Part shown: positions 25,352-38,159 of the stretch, piece by piece
Position numbering within the stretch: the stretch's first letter is position 1
Layout of the letters: each line of letters opens with the position of its first letter
Assembly: GCA_030324005.1 (NCBI GenBank)
Contig: JARDVH010000097.1
Span: 63,478,500 to 63,542,499 of the forward strand
From: Negaprion brevirostris
Taxonomy: Eukaryota
Reading direction: 5' to 3'
DNA: 64,000 nucleotides
Program-made: the position numbers and the translations under genes
Notes under the pieces: generated by a model
The model's database searches: none
What the model was told of the DNA's origin: nothing
The model's input: only the letters and a program-made list of their open reading frames with translations

Positions 25352-26147
25352 GGGAAGCATTCTCTGACCTCGCTTCGCTTGGCACAATTCATGCCAGACT
25401 GGAGAATAGCATGCTGGCCTAATAATCCATTTCTTATCCAGCGCTAGAAAGTTTGCAATTCTCCCAGCCTTTTTCTAATGGCATGAACTGGAGGGCATAT
25501 ATTTAGAGTAGCATTTAAATATGCACTGCCAGTTCAAATCCCAGCACACAGAATTCACCGGCTTTTGGGCTCAGCACGATAATGGTGAGAATCATTGCTG
25601 GTCTCTGTTAATGGAGGAGACCTGGCGCGATTGTCACTCCGTGAGACTTAGAGGCCGCTGAAATTCCTGAGGTTGGTTAGGCACATGTCTGGACGGTGCC
25701 CATCAGACCGTGCTCAACTGGCACACCAGTGCCTGGTAGTGGCCACCGCTTAGCCTGACTGTGCCAATTAGGCACTGCCAGTATGCCAGGGCAGCGTCGA
25801 AATGGGCAATGCCCAGCCATGCTCCTGATCATCCAGGGGCTTCCATGGCCTTTGAGTCCCTGGCATGGCCATTATACCTGCTCTCTGCCAGTGGAGACCT
25901 GTAGTGATTCTTGCTGGTCTCGCTCCGCATCCGAAGGTCGGAAGGTCCTGGGAGCTGGGAGAATCTGACACCGAACTGGATAAGCATATTTAAATACTAT
26001 TTTCAATATGCTAATCGGTCTCATGCCCAAAAATCTGGTTTGCGCTACTAGAAAGGGACCTGAACGATTGCAAACTGTTTGGTGCTGGGCACAAAACTGA
26101 TTTTTAGGTCATCTGCGCCAGTTGCAGCAAAGCCGGAAAATCACCCC
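25352..26147. mobile_element. ~800-bp non-autonomous DNA element with TIRs and subterminal inverted repeats
   Basis: gggaagcattctct ... ggaaaatcacccc; inner inverted blocks at ~25495-25523 and ~25984-26011; central ggcactgcc motif. Confidence 0.6.
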
Positions 26148-26194
26148 GTATGTCGCCTTGCTGCTGAAATGAGATTGGTCATGGCAAGCTGTTT

Positions 26195-26447
26195 TAGAAC
26201 ATAGAACACTACAGCACAAACAGGCCCTTCAGCCCACAAGTTGCGCCGATCACATCAATACCTACCAATCCNNNNNNNNNNNNNNNNNNNNNNNNNNNNN
26301 NNNNNNNNNNNNNNNNNNNNNNNNNNNNNNNNNNNNNNNNNNNNNNNNNNNNNNNNNNNNNNNNNNNNNNNCCCATCCCTCCACTTCCTCATCCAGGTCA
26401 TTTATGAAAATGACAAACAGCAAGGGTCCTAGAACAGATCCCTGGGG
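26195..26447 (-). mobile_element. CR1 LINE fragment across an N-gap
   Basis: PQGSVLGPLLFVIFINDLD RT motif on the minus strand; CR1 tail at 26195-26250. Confidence 0.9.
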
Positions 26448-28129
26448 CTTCAGCTCCATTCCAAATGAAAATACAATTAAAAATCATCCACAAACCATTA
26501 AATCAAATATACAAAGTTATAATGAAAATACAGTTTAAGTGGCCTGGGTATCTGAAATATGTGTGTTTTTAATTATTTGTGTCTATGGTTACCCACATTA
26601 ATTATACATTATTTATCTCACTCCCTCATAAACAATGGAGTGCATTTTCCTAACGCGTTCCTTGAAATAATTTACCTTTTATTGGTGCTCAAGGGGTTAA
26701 AGTTGGTAGACACTGCATTGGCACGTAGGCTGAGAACAGTGTGGCACAAATGTAGTTTATTGCCATTGCAAATAGTAGACACTCAGACATTCAGGACCAG
26801 CGCAGTATTGAATGAAAATGAATTTAAACTGTGTGCCAGTCTGAGCTGTGCTATTGATGTGAATAGAAGGATTACAAGCAGTCTAAGGCTTCAAAGAATT
26901 AAGCAGTGTGGTAACCAGATGACATATGCTCACTTTCTGTGATTCATGCCTTGCTCGCTCATTCAGACAGCCAGGCTGATTAATTTGTCTGCCTAAGCTG
27001 GAAACCTCAGACACTCTGATCGCGTACGATTAACATGAACAAATGTAAACAGATCTGATTAATAAGAAATAATTTAAAAGGTTGAAGTCCCTCAAGTTAA
27101 TAACTGGGCTGTGGTTTAGTTGACCAGATCCTATCGGGTATTTCAATGAGCTTAGTTGGTATTTCTTCTGTCCTGATTTAATAGACATGTTTAGGGAAAT
27201 TTTAACCCAGTAGGGTAGGCAGGAGAGCTGGGGATGATGGTTGGGTGAGGTTAAGCTCTTAAAGAAAAAATTAGTTGCCAGTCCCTCAGCCATCACAATC
27301 ACATCTACCTCCAGATCAACTGGAGCGTGATGGTAGTCAACTGGGTCACCTGATCTCATTGGGTGCATTAGTCACTATAATATCCTAATGGGAGTCTCAG
27401 ATTTTAGAATGGATTTGGATTTAATGGCTACAGCCTGGGCTTTTCCAGGGTTTGGAAATCTGACAACTGAAGGGCAGAGAGAAGAAAGACTTGCACTTAA
27501 TGTAGAACTGCCAGTCTCAACGTAATTGCTTTTCCAGAACTGCTTGTGGGCTAGAAACAGCAGGCGTTCTTCCTCCTGGCCTATTGAAGTAATCTGCTAT
27601 GATAGGCTTCTCTCTCGGTGATCTCCAAACTCCCCAACTATGATTTGATATCTTCACCAGCAGCATGTCCCCGCCCCCCCACCCCCCACCACCCTACAAT
27701 CTCTCCCAGCAGTGATCTGCTTAGCCCCTGGTGATCTAATGTTCTCTGTCACGTTATCTCCCTCCTTCCCTCCCTCCTCTCTGTTGTCCATTATGGCTTT
27801 GCACAGTGGACTTTCCTATCCAGCAGCCAGTCAGCCTCTCGATCTGACAGGCTACCATGTAAGAAGCTGAATAAACAAAATGAAATCAGATCCTACAGTT
27901 CAATTCTTCTGTTCAACCCATAATTGAAAGTTTCCCAGCTCCTCAGAGTTCCCTCTGCTCCCTCCCCAGATCCAGGGCTGTTAGTTCAACATGATAAATT
28001 TGGCAACAGGGTGGAGGAGAGGAAAATGGAAGGGAATTGTTTGTTGTCCTCACTAAAGGACTATTGAGCAATTGTACAATTTTATTTACTTGCTGTTCTT
28101 TGGCAAGATAGAAACTTGTATTAACTACC

Positions 28130-28250
28130 ATACAGCAGTTGACCGCTGAAATCCCATTGTTGGCAGGGGTTATGTTTCTGCGAAACCTCGCAAATGGCAA
28201 AATCGCAAATGATGAACATGCTTTTCAATGGAAGTCAGTATTCAATGAAA
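28130..28250. mobile_element. Possible Tigger/pogo-like terminal fragment
   Basis: ggggttatgtttctgcgaaacctcgcaaatggcaaaatcgcaaat resembles Tigger-type ends as I recall them. Confidence 0.3.
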
Positions 28251-28389
28251 GGGCAGTATTGATTTTTTGAAGTTATTGTGGTACAGTACATCTATATAAC
28301 AGATGGAAGGAACCTCTGAATAATACAAGATATGTATTGAAAATTTAATAAAACAGACTATCTTCATTTGAGAAGCAACTGAAGAAATA

Positions 28390-28600
28390 AGTGGGATTGA
28401 ATACATCCACCCGAGCAGGCATGTGGGGCTTTGCTTTAACATCCCACGTGAAAGGCAGCAGCTTTGACAGCGTAATGCTTTCTCAATACTGCAGTACAGT
28501 GTCAAGTTTGATTTTTGCACTCAAACCCTGCAGTGTGATTTAAACCTGGAACCTAGCGATTCAGGGGCAAGCGTGCAACCAGCTGCACCACGGCTGACAC
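28390..28600 (-). mobile_element. DeuSINE (SacSINE1-like) partial copy
   Basis: Homologous to 42500-42705: tttaacatcccacgtgaaaggcagcagctttgacag...ctcaa...ccacggctgacac. Confidence 0.6.
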
Positions 28601-29904
28601 ACAGGATATACCAACAAGTATGCAGCACACATATTATTCAGAGACATTCTTTCTACCACTACTATACGCCCACCCTCATACTTCCCTCTTTTGATCTACG
28701 TACATAGATACAGACACAAGATTAAAATCTGCAGCTCTTGTTCATGAAGTCATAAGAACAAGCTGAACGCCAGCTCTGGTGATTTTGTGGGTATGTGTAT
28801 ATGTATAATATTATATCTGTAATGGAGGCCAGCTGAGTGTCTCTGTAAATGAGCAAACCCATTGTTCAACTGGCTTGAATGATCTTTTGGCACAATTTCC
28901 TGAACGGTCTTTCTTTACATTTGTCTGCCCTCTTTTCCAAATATTTGTCTAATAAAAAGATGCACACATACACGCACATGTAGAAAATATATATGTATTA
29001 CATATGCATGTATAGAATATATGCAAAAACGATTAGTGCTGTTGGATCTAGCCTCGTATTCTGAACAAAAGACTGATTTCCTGTGAGAATTTGTGTCTGC
29101 GTTTGAACTCTTCAAAACCCAATGCCCAGAGAAATCATTTGCATTTAAAAGATCTGAAATCCCTGTTGGCACAGGCCTATATCAGTTGATTTTTAAAAAT
29201 GGACATGTAATATGTTCTCTGGTTTCTTTCAAGATCATGTTTTGCAGCAAAATTTATTTTTTAAAATCAGGTTAAATTTTTAAGTATCACAAATTGAAGA
29301 CTTCTGGCTCTTTATTTGATATATGTTACAGCAGATTTACTGACTGAGCCAAGTATGTGTCGCAATGTATAGCTTGTTAAGAGTGGATATTAAAAGGTGG
29401 GCGGGCATGTTGAAGCAATCTGAAACGCTAATTAATTTGCCCTGTAACCTCTGGAGGTGCATTTGAATTCTGTTTCTTCCTGTCTTTGTGAATTATTCTT
29501 ACCTAACCTCAGAAATTGCTCATCAAAGCAAGAGCTGATTATGATCTTCTTCCAAGGCACTGTATAATGAGAATGGAAGATTGGCTGCCAGTTGCTGCTG
29601 TCAGCAGGAGCTGAAGATTAAAGTGTACGCTAATCGCTTTCATGAAGACAAGTGTTTGTCAGCAGGTCGAAAATTCCTGTACCCCGACACCACTGACCCA
29701 ACAAAAAGGTTGTGAACATCTTGTATGAAACCAAAACCCTGACCTTTTTTTGCTAATTCACATGAGGTTTTACTGGGTATCATTCAATGATTCGATTACT
29801 TTTTGCTCATTAGGATTACTGGAGATGTGGCTAATTTCTTTTGTCACTGAGGATTAAATATTTCTGTGTGACTTGTCCACTTTTTTTATTTCTCCCTTGC
29901 TTTG

Positions 29905-30183
29905 CCCCTGCCATGGCAGACGATGGAATTTCAATTAAAAAAAAAATCTGGAATAAAGAATCTAGTGATGACCATGAAACCATTGTCAATTGTCGGAAAA
30001 ACCCATCTGGTTCACTAATGTCCTTTAGGGAAAGAATTCTGCCGTCCTTGCCTGGTCTAACCTACATGTGACTCCAGAGCCACAGCAATGTGGTTGACTC
30101 TCAACTGCCCTTGGGCAATTAGGGATGGACAATAAATGCTGGCTAGCCAGCAATGCCCATGTCCCAAGAATGAATAAAAAAAA
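29905..30183 (+). mobile_element. Second SINE family with LINE-shared tail
   Basis: cccatctggttcactaatgtcctttagggaa...gggcaataaatgctgg-type tail ending in poly(A); minus-strand copies at 49277-49605 and 55388-55742, fragment at 16686-16750. Confidence 0.75.
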
Positions 30184-30539
30184 TACAGTGGGACATATGT
30201 AGTTGAGACTTATACCACTCAGTTTTAATTCTGAGTGCGATTCATGGTTGTGCATTAGGGTATGGGAGTGTGGGGAGCACCGAGTGTTACATCTTGATCT
30301 CAGTAGCGTGAGGCTGGGAGATTTTATAACCCGGGCTTGTCTTTGTCCAGTTAGTTTTCCACATGAAAACAATGGGAAGGCAGAGTGGTTAAGTGCACAG
30401 TGATAGGTCACAGGACTCTAGCATGAGAATTATGTAAGTCACAGAGCAGAGGAACACTAGACTTCTTTTGTGGGTCCAGAGAAGTTCTCCTGTTTCTCAC
30501 AATCCTACAAGGAAGGTAGGAAAAAAAGTTACGATTTGC

Positions 30540-30775
30540 AACCACAACAGTTTATAGAGCACCTATTATGTAATAAAGGCATTCAGAAGCAAACTATAAC
30601 ACCGAGCCATGTAAGGAAATACTTGGTCAGATAACTAAAACCATGGTCAAAGCGGTAGGTTTTTAAGGCACATCCTAAAGGAGGAAAGATAGATAGACAG
30701 GTATAGGGAAGGATTTCTAGAGATTGGGGCCTTAGGCAACTGAAGGCATAATCACCAATGGTAAGACCATGAGAC
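30540..30775 (-). mobile_element. L2-like 3' end
   Basis: IGDYAFSCLRP...LKTYRFD motif on the minus strand. Confidence 0.65.
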
Positions 30776-31086
30776 ATAGAAGCAGAAGTAGGCCATTTGG
30801 CCCAGTCTCAATGGGCCAAATGGCCCATTCAATGAGATCATGACTGATCATGACAGATCTGATAATCATAAACTCCGCTTTCTACAATAATAGAAGCAAA
30901 ATACTGTAGATGCTGGAAATCTGAAATAAAAATACAAAATGCTGGATAAACACAGCAGGTCTGGCATCACTGGAATTTTCACAAAAAAAATGAAGTGCAA
31001 AATTTTCAAAATCCCGTTTTGCGATGGGTAACTTGCCCCCTCTAGCTACAAAAGTCCGGATGTGAAAATGATTCCAGTCCCTCTGC

Positions 31087-31369
31087 AGCTGGAATGGGCT
31101 AGTTGCTCCTCTGCTCCATTAGAGGGGGGTGACTGCTGGTCTGCTCTACTGGAATGGGCTAGCTGCTGGTTTGCTCTGTTGGAATGGGCTGGCTGCTGGT
31201 TTGCTCTGTTGGAATGGGCTGGCTACTGGTTTGCTCTGTTGGAATGGGCTGGCTGCTGGTTTGCTCTGTTGGAATGGGCTGGCTGCTGGTTTGCTCTGCA
31301 GGAATAGGCCGGCTGCTGGTTTGCTCTGTTGGAATGGGCTGGCTGCTGGTTTGCTCTGTAGGAATGGGC
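31087..31369. repeat. 30-bp minisatellite (ggaatgggctggctgctggtttgctctgtt)n running into an N-gap
   Basis: About 9 visible units; the first units are degenerate. Confidence 0.95.
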
Positions 31370-34300
31370 NNNNNNNNNNNNNNNNNNNNNNNNNNNNNNN
31401 NNNNNNNNNNNNNNNNNNNNNNNNNNNNNNNNNNNNNNNNNNNNNNNNNNNNNNNNNNNNNNNNNNNNNNNNNNNNNNNNNNNNNNNNNNNNNNNNNNNN
31501 NNNNNNNNNNNNNNNNNNNNNNNNNNNNNNNNNNNNNNNNNNNNNNNNNNNNNNNNNNNNNNNNNNNNNNNNNNNNNNNNNNNNNNNNNNNNNNNNNNNN
31601 NNNNNNNNNNNNNNNNNNNAAAAACTGTAAAGCAGGTACACTATTGGAGCAACAATACGTAAGCACAGGGATGAGAAAAGGCATGCAGCGTATCTCAGCT
31701 CACACCTCCACAACCGTAATATTCCTATTCCAGCACCAGTAATAATTTTAAAACACCTCTGGCCATTTTGGTCATTAATACTTTGCACACATCAACCTCA
31801 CAGTGCTGAATTTCTGATTTTATCCATGGTTCTGTCTTTCCCAAGGGACATTAAATATTTCCTTGCAATGTGTGAATGAGGAAAGGGAGAGATGAACTCT
31901 GGATGCCCCACATTGTATGGTAAGCAACATATTTCTGAGAAACACAGGGTCCCATCTGTCCATGTTGTTCGCTATTAATACGTGGTGTGGAGTGATAATC
32001 AGGAGCGGACAGAACATGGGAAAACATCACATGAAATTTTTTAAAATCTTGCCAATATTCAGCACTTTCAGTAAATGGGAAACTAATTCAAAACAAAACA
32101 ATAACTTTTCCAGCAGAGTTTAGCTCAAACTATGATTTATCAGGTATTGTTGTTAAGGGGTCATATATCACATCATTATTCCTCATCTACAGCATGGGGC
32201 TCAAGCCTGACTTTGGATTTGAGACTGAAAGAAGGAAGCAGCTGTTACTGCATTTAAAAAAATGCATTTAAAAAAAATCTTGTATTTTCCTAATGAGAAA
32301 ACGTGTGTTAAGTGCCCAACCAACAGCAACAACTTGTATTCATATCTTGCCAAGCGAGCTCTGGCTAGAATGAGATTTTTATGTGCAGGCGTGATAGTCT
32401 TTCTTCACAGTTAGCATGAATGGATGTTAGTCATCATCACAATTCTGTTTCATGGAGAAACATCTTCTGAATAAAATCTGGTTGTAACCAATCTATTTGT
32501 CGCTCTGATTAAGTTCTTGATGTGAATTTTTTAATGTTATTTTTGCACCATTTCATCTTCTCTAGGAGGCAGAATGACACCTTCACTGAGTTATTTTCTG
32601 ACAGTTTAAATTACCCAGGCATAACTTGCTGGGTAATTTCACAGTAAATTATGCAGGCAAACTGCTTCAAAAAGGAAGTTAAACGACAAACTGATAATCA
32701 GGATTAGATTCTATCAACACTGTGGTCAGGGTCAATGGGGTACTTGAGGTGCATTCAGCTGTGAAAGGAAATAAAAAATAAACACAGTTGGCTGGAGGAT
32801 GATAGCAATCCATTGAACTGGCAGCTGAGGTTTTTACTAGGCACTGCACATTGAATTTGGATCAAAGGCTTCAAGTGCATTGGAGAGGGTTTCAATAATA
32901 TCAGCTTCCTGGAAAGTCTGAGCAACTTCAAATCAAAACTGTGTACGTGCACTGGGGCTGAGTGCACAGCTCTGCAGAATGAAACCTTCTCCCATCCTTG
33001 GGTGAAATTGACATCTCCTCTCTGTCAGAGAACTTCAAAGGGGTCTGCTCACACCTGAAGCTTCTGACAGGGAGAAAGGAAAAGCTCTGCTGCAGAATGG
33101 GGTACTGCACTGATTTAAAATCCTGCTAGGTGACCAGAGGACATGGAGATTAAAGAGACCTGGTTACTTCAGAATTTTCACAGCTGATAGGCAGGAGTGA
33201 AGATGCTGATCCCAGGGATGCCTAGAATCATCTTGTCAGGGGTGATCTTCAGGTCTGCCAGAGCTAGAAGGAGCCGTGTAGCCATGATACCTGCATCCTG
33301 GCAGAGAGTGGTGAGGCCAATCCTTTGCCCCCAGCCAGCACCAAGACCTTGAGAGACCTGTCATCTGCAGCCTAACAGCACCTCTTCGAGTCCCATCAGA
33401 GCACAAGATGATGGGTCAGGGTGTCAGTGCCAGGTTGCCAAGGAACAGTGCACTGTTGGCACTGCCAAAGCAGGTTTCTGAAGGAAGGCTAAGTGGGGGC
33501 CTGAGGGGGAAAGGGGCATGTGTGGGAAGGTCTTATGAGGAAAGGCTGAGGGACTTGAGGTTATTTTCATTAGAGAGAAGAAGGTTATGAGGTGACCTNN
33601 NNNNNNNNNNNNNNNNNNNNNNNNNNNNNNNNNNNNNNNNNNNNNNNNNNNNNNNNNNNNNNNNNNNNNNNNNNNNNNNNNNNNNNNNNNNNNNNNNNNN
33701 NNNNNNNNNNNNGTTCGGGGGAGGGACGGGAGTTGGGGGGGTGTTCTGAAGGGGAAGGGAGCCAGGGTGGGGAATTCGGTCGGATAAACCTCATGCCAGC
33801 ATGATTCGGGGTGGGGAAAGATGTCTCTCATGTCTAAGGGATTGGTGGTGCTTCCTGAACCCTATGCAGGGACCTATATGAAAGCCTGCCCAGTGCAGAT
33901 CACGTTTGGGAGGCGTGTAAATAGCGGGAGGTAATTTAGTTGGGCTTCAAGCCCTCTAATTATATTTATAATAGTTAATTTGAATATTTATTGGGTTCCC
34001 ACCCACTCTGAGCAGGAACCTGATCTGGACTAGTGGGGCAGGCTGGGAGTATCACGATGAATTTGGCACCATTTCTCTAGGTCATCATGATTCTTGCTGG
34101 GAACTAGCAGGCCCAGGGAATCCCCCCCAGTATCTTTAATCAAAAGCCAGGCATTGACTGAACTGATTAACTATATCTGTAGGGTACACCATCATTCTTT
34201 TATGACGTTACGATAAGAAGCGTTTATAACACTTGTTGTTAACAGTGTTGGGAATGGGTTACAATATGTTCATATGAATATTCATGTGACTATTTATGGT

Positions 34301-34964
34301 AGGGTGTGACTTTGTGACTGTTCTGTATCTGAAGGAAATGTATAAATTGATTGCAATAGAATGTGAACTCTGGGGGCCCAGAGGAATGAACATTTGTCAT
34401 TAGTCTATGTGACTCTGGTTACAGAGGTGACACAGAGTGGTTTGTACCTTTAGCCAATGGAGAGGTGAATTTGGGCTATTTATGGATAAGTGGGGGTTGG
34501 GGGTTTAAGCTTGGATCGGGCATGCCAATCTCTGGATCTGGCATTGCTGGCTCTACCAGGCCAAATCCTGCCATCGTGATGGCAATGATCACACTTCACT
34601 GCTTTGTGTTCAGTACGTGTAAAATCATATTTAATAAATTCTGCTTGATTCATAAATACTAATTATTCGTACTTTGTAGATCAAGCACAACTGAGGACTT
34701 CAGTGTTAAGAATTATGAAATCAGAACTTAGAAATTTTAATTAGAAGGCTTTTGCACCTCAAAATCCTACAATCTTACAGTAAGGAAACAAATTACTTTA
34801 TACATTGATACAATGGTAAAAAGTTGGTCCTTCTAAAGCAGTAGTGTTCAAAGTGTAGCTCACAGACCATCTGTGGTCCACAAGAATCTTTCAGGTGGTC
34901 CACGGGCAGGTTGAAAGTTAAGTCATGATGCATAACACCATAGCCAAGGCCATAAAGGAGAACT

Positions 34965-35495
34965 TTCTGGTTGCCATATTACCAGAAGGACGTGTAAGCC
35001 TTGGAGAGAATGCAAAGAAGGTTCATTAAGATGTTGCTTGGTCTCGAGGGTGTTGACTTTGAGAAGACGTTGAATAAACTAGGATTGTTTTCATTGGAAA
35101 GGTAGAGGCTGAGGGGAGACCTAAAAGAGGTCTACAAAATTATGAGAGGCATAGACAGGGTGGATAATCAGAAGCTTTTTCCCGGGGTGCAAGTGTCAAT
35201 TACAAGGGAGCACAGGTTCAAAGTGAGAGGGGGAAAGTTTAACGGAGATGTGCGGGGGAAGATTTTCACATAGAGAGTGGTAGGTGCCAGAGGAGGTGGT
35301 GGAAGCAGGCATATTAGTAACATTTAAGAGGCATCTAGATGAGTACATGAGTAGGGAGGGAATAGAGGGATACAATCCAAATAAGGGCAAAAGGTTTTTT
35401 TTAGTTTAGCTAGGGCATTCATGATCGGCACAGGCTTGGAGGGCCAAAGGGCCTGTTCCTGTGTTGTAATTTTCTTTACTCTTTACTTTGTTCTT
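34965..35495 (+). mobile_element. CR1 LINE 3' fragment
   Basis: FWLPYYQKDV*ALERMQRRFIKML..LGLFSLER..LRGDL..VYKIMRG plus tail. Confidence 0.9.
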
Positions 35496-35852
35496 TGCAT
35501 CTTCACCATTCATTTGACATCACACATCCAGACCAGTCCCATATACACAACATGAGTCATCATAAGCACAAACAACAACTGTTGATTTTGTTTGATTCAT
35601 AGAGAGGGAAGATAAATATTAGTTTCTCAGAAGATGATTGGTGTGGTAACATATATTAGAATGTTTCAAATAAATTTGTTCTCTTGTGGTATTAATGTTT
35701 ATAATATGACAATGTTTCTGCATTTGTTTCTGACATTAATTAATCATTTATTTATAATATTTAATACAATAATTAAGGTCCATGCACCCAATATATTTAG
35801 AAGCAAAAAGAATCAATGAAAATGTTGATAGTTTCCATTGATTCCTGTAAAT

Positions 35853-36240
35853 TAGAATCATAGAGGTTTACAGCATGGAAAAAGGCCTTTTGGCCCAACT
35901 TGTCCATGCCACCCAGTTTTTACCATTAAGCTAGTCCCAATTGTCCCAAAATTTGTAGATAGTCAGGCATTATCACAACATGCCTTATTTATAGTTTATT
36001 GGCAGGCAACACTGAAGTCACACACTCTGCAGAGTGAAAAGTGAGAAGCTCACATTCTGCGGAAATAATTTACTTTTATGTAGATTCCGTCATCGATTTC
36101 AGTAAGCAACATTTGGCCCATATCCCTCTCTACCTATCTTACCCAAGTAACTGTCTAAATATTTTTTAAAAGACAATATTGTACCCACGTCTACTACTAC
36201 CTCTGGCAGTTCATTCCAGACACTCACAACCCTCTGTGAA
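35853..36240 (-). mobile_element. CR1 3' end in two pieces (35853-35948, 36110-36240)
   Basis: Tail agaatcatagaggtttacagcatggaa... resumes at catttggcccatatccc after ~160 bp of unrelated sequence. Confidence 0.7.
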
Positions 36241-36592
36241 AGGATTGCCAGTGTTTCCAAGTATTTTCTGATTAAATAAATTCTGATGAGTTCTTTGTGG
36301 CGACAAGTGGAAACAGATGTTATTGGGTTGGTAGATCCATAGGGTCTTTCTCCTGCCTAAGTGTTCCATGGATGAAAAAGTTTTGAGACCGCTATCCTAA
36401 AAGAGAGTTGCTAGAGAAAAGAAGCATATTTAATGCTAAAGGAACAAAACTAGCAGTCATTAGATTATTGCCAGTTGTTGGGAATTCAGCAGAAAGGAAC
36501 ACGGAGGGTGAATTTCAACTTGCAAAACATCTGAACTGAATCTTCAGTCGATAAGACAATCAGGCAAGGTGTAGAAAGGAGTGTCACTCATT

Positions 36593-36752
36593 AGGAATTC
36601 CCTCCTAATGGCATTGTGGGTCAACCCACAGAACATGGACTGCAGCGATTCAAGAAGGCAGCTCACTACCACCTTCTCAAGGGTAACTCGGGATTGGCAA
36701 TAAACATTGGCCAGCCTGCGATGCCCATGTCCCACAATTGAATAAAAAAAAG
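36593..36752 (+). mobile_element. LINE 3' end sharing its tail with the 29905 SINE family
   Basis: NSLPNGIVG....GLQRFKKAAHYHLLKG-like end, then gggattggcaataaacattggccagcc...aataaaaaaaa. Confidence 0.7.
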
Positions 36753-38159
36753 CTATAATGATTGGCATGAGGTATGGATTTTAAAAATAAAGAATGTGAC
36801 TGTAGATAACTAGAGGCAATTTAGTGAAGAAAATAGTTGTACAGGAAGGATGAGGTGCATTTGAGTAGGTTGACTGGTCAGAATTAGTTGAGAACCCATC
36901 TGATATCCATTCCACTGAAATGAGCGATCGGTCAGCCAGATTACAATCTCAGTGATGGGTGGAATTTTCCCACAAAATGGCAAAGTGTCAGGTTCTGAAT
37001 GAAAACTGACCTGTTTCTCCCCAGTGAAACAAACAGGTTTTCTCTCCAAATCATCTGATACTTTGCTAAAAAAAAGCAGGAAGATACATTTTGTGCCGTA
37101 ATACTTGAGGGCTGGAGCCTAAAGATGCCACTCAGGTCAGCTCCACAGTGATTGGGAAAGAAAATCCTGGCTGATGAGAACAGAAAAAAACCGTTCCATT
37201 AGAATCACAGAATCACCGAAACACTACAGTACATTAGGTGAAAGATTCAGTTTCTGTGGAGAAACTGGAGAAGTTGAGGTTGTTCTTCTTAGAGAAGATT
37301 AAGTTTAGAGGGGTTTTTTTAGAGGCTTTCCAAATTATGAACAATTTTGTCAGTTAATGAATAAAAACTGTTCATGTTGTCACAGGATTGGTAACTAGAC
37401 AAGGTAGATAGATGGTGATTGACAAAATAACCAGAGCTATTTTGTTTTACACAGTAAATTGTTACAGTGTAAAATGCATTTATCAAGAGCATGTCTGATG
37501 ATGTTGAGAACAAACAGAATCAGGCACTTGGACTACAACCATCTTGCAATACTTGACCCAGGATCTATGGCCTTAATCATTAGCTCGATATTTTGCATGA
37601 TCACAGCCACAAAATCCTGGAATCTCTGATGCAACACCTTAATCAGAGGCTTTAAGGCATAATTCAGAGTACAATCTGTAAACCAATACTGCAAAATCCA
37701 CAGTCTGAACTTCAATGGAATGGGTAGGAGTTGCTTGTGGTTAGGATTTGGTGCTAGAGATATCTCTTAGCTGAGTGTAGTCTGAGGTGTGGCTTACATG
37801 ACTGCTGCTTTATAAGAGATTGGAGTGTGGTAGTGCCCAGAATAGAGCAAGATGTGTGTCTTATCTTGCCAGCTCTGGTCAGCTTGCTAAACTTTTTTCT
37901 GCACTGGCCCTATGTCTTGGGAGTCAGAGGTGACACTTAATGCATGTGCTACTTTTCTCTAGGTGATACAACAAATGATTCAGGCTGATTTGCCTTTATT
38001 TTTAATTCCAAGGAAATGGTCCTATCTGACCTTTATTAAAGTTACAGGTCTTCTTTCTGCCAGGTTTGCTTCTTCCAATCCACTTCTTAGTGAACATCTC
38101 TGTTAAATGAAAATGTTGTTCAGACACTGGCTACACATAGAATGAAGCATTAAAAAAGG

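Larger units (their letters stand above)
34839..36394. mobile_element. Old hAT/Charlie-like element with nested CR1 insertions
   Basis: Ends cagtagtgttcaaagt ... agttttgagaccgcta; 8-bp flanks ttctaaag / tcctaaaa match at 6 of 8 positions. Confidence 0.55.

Noticed and set aside
31062-31788. Long ORFs up to 209 aa, or a CRISPR-like array
   Set aside because: The ORFs are minisatellite translations extended through Ns; the repeats have no unique spacers and the DNA is eukaryotic.
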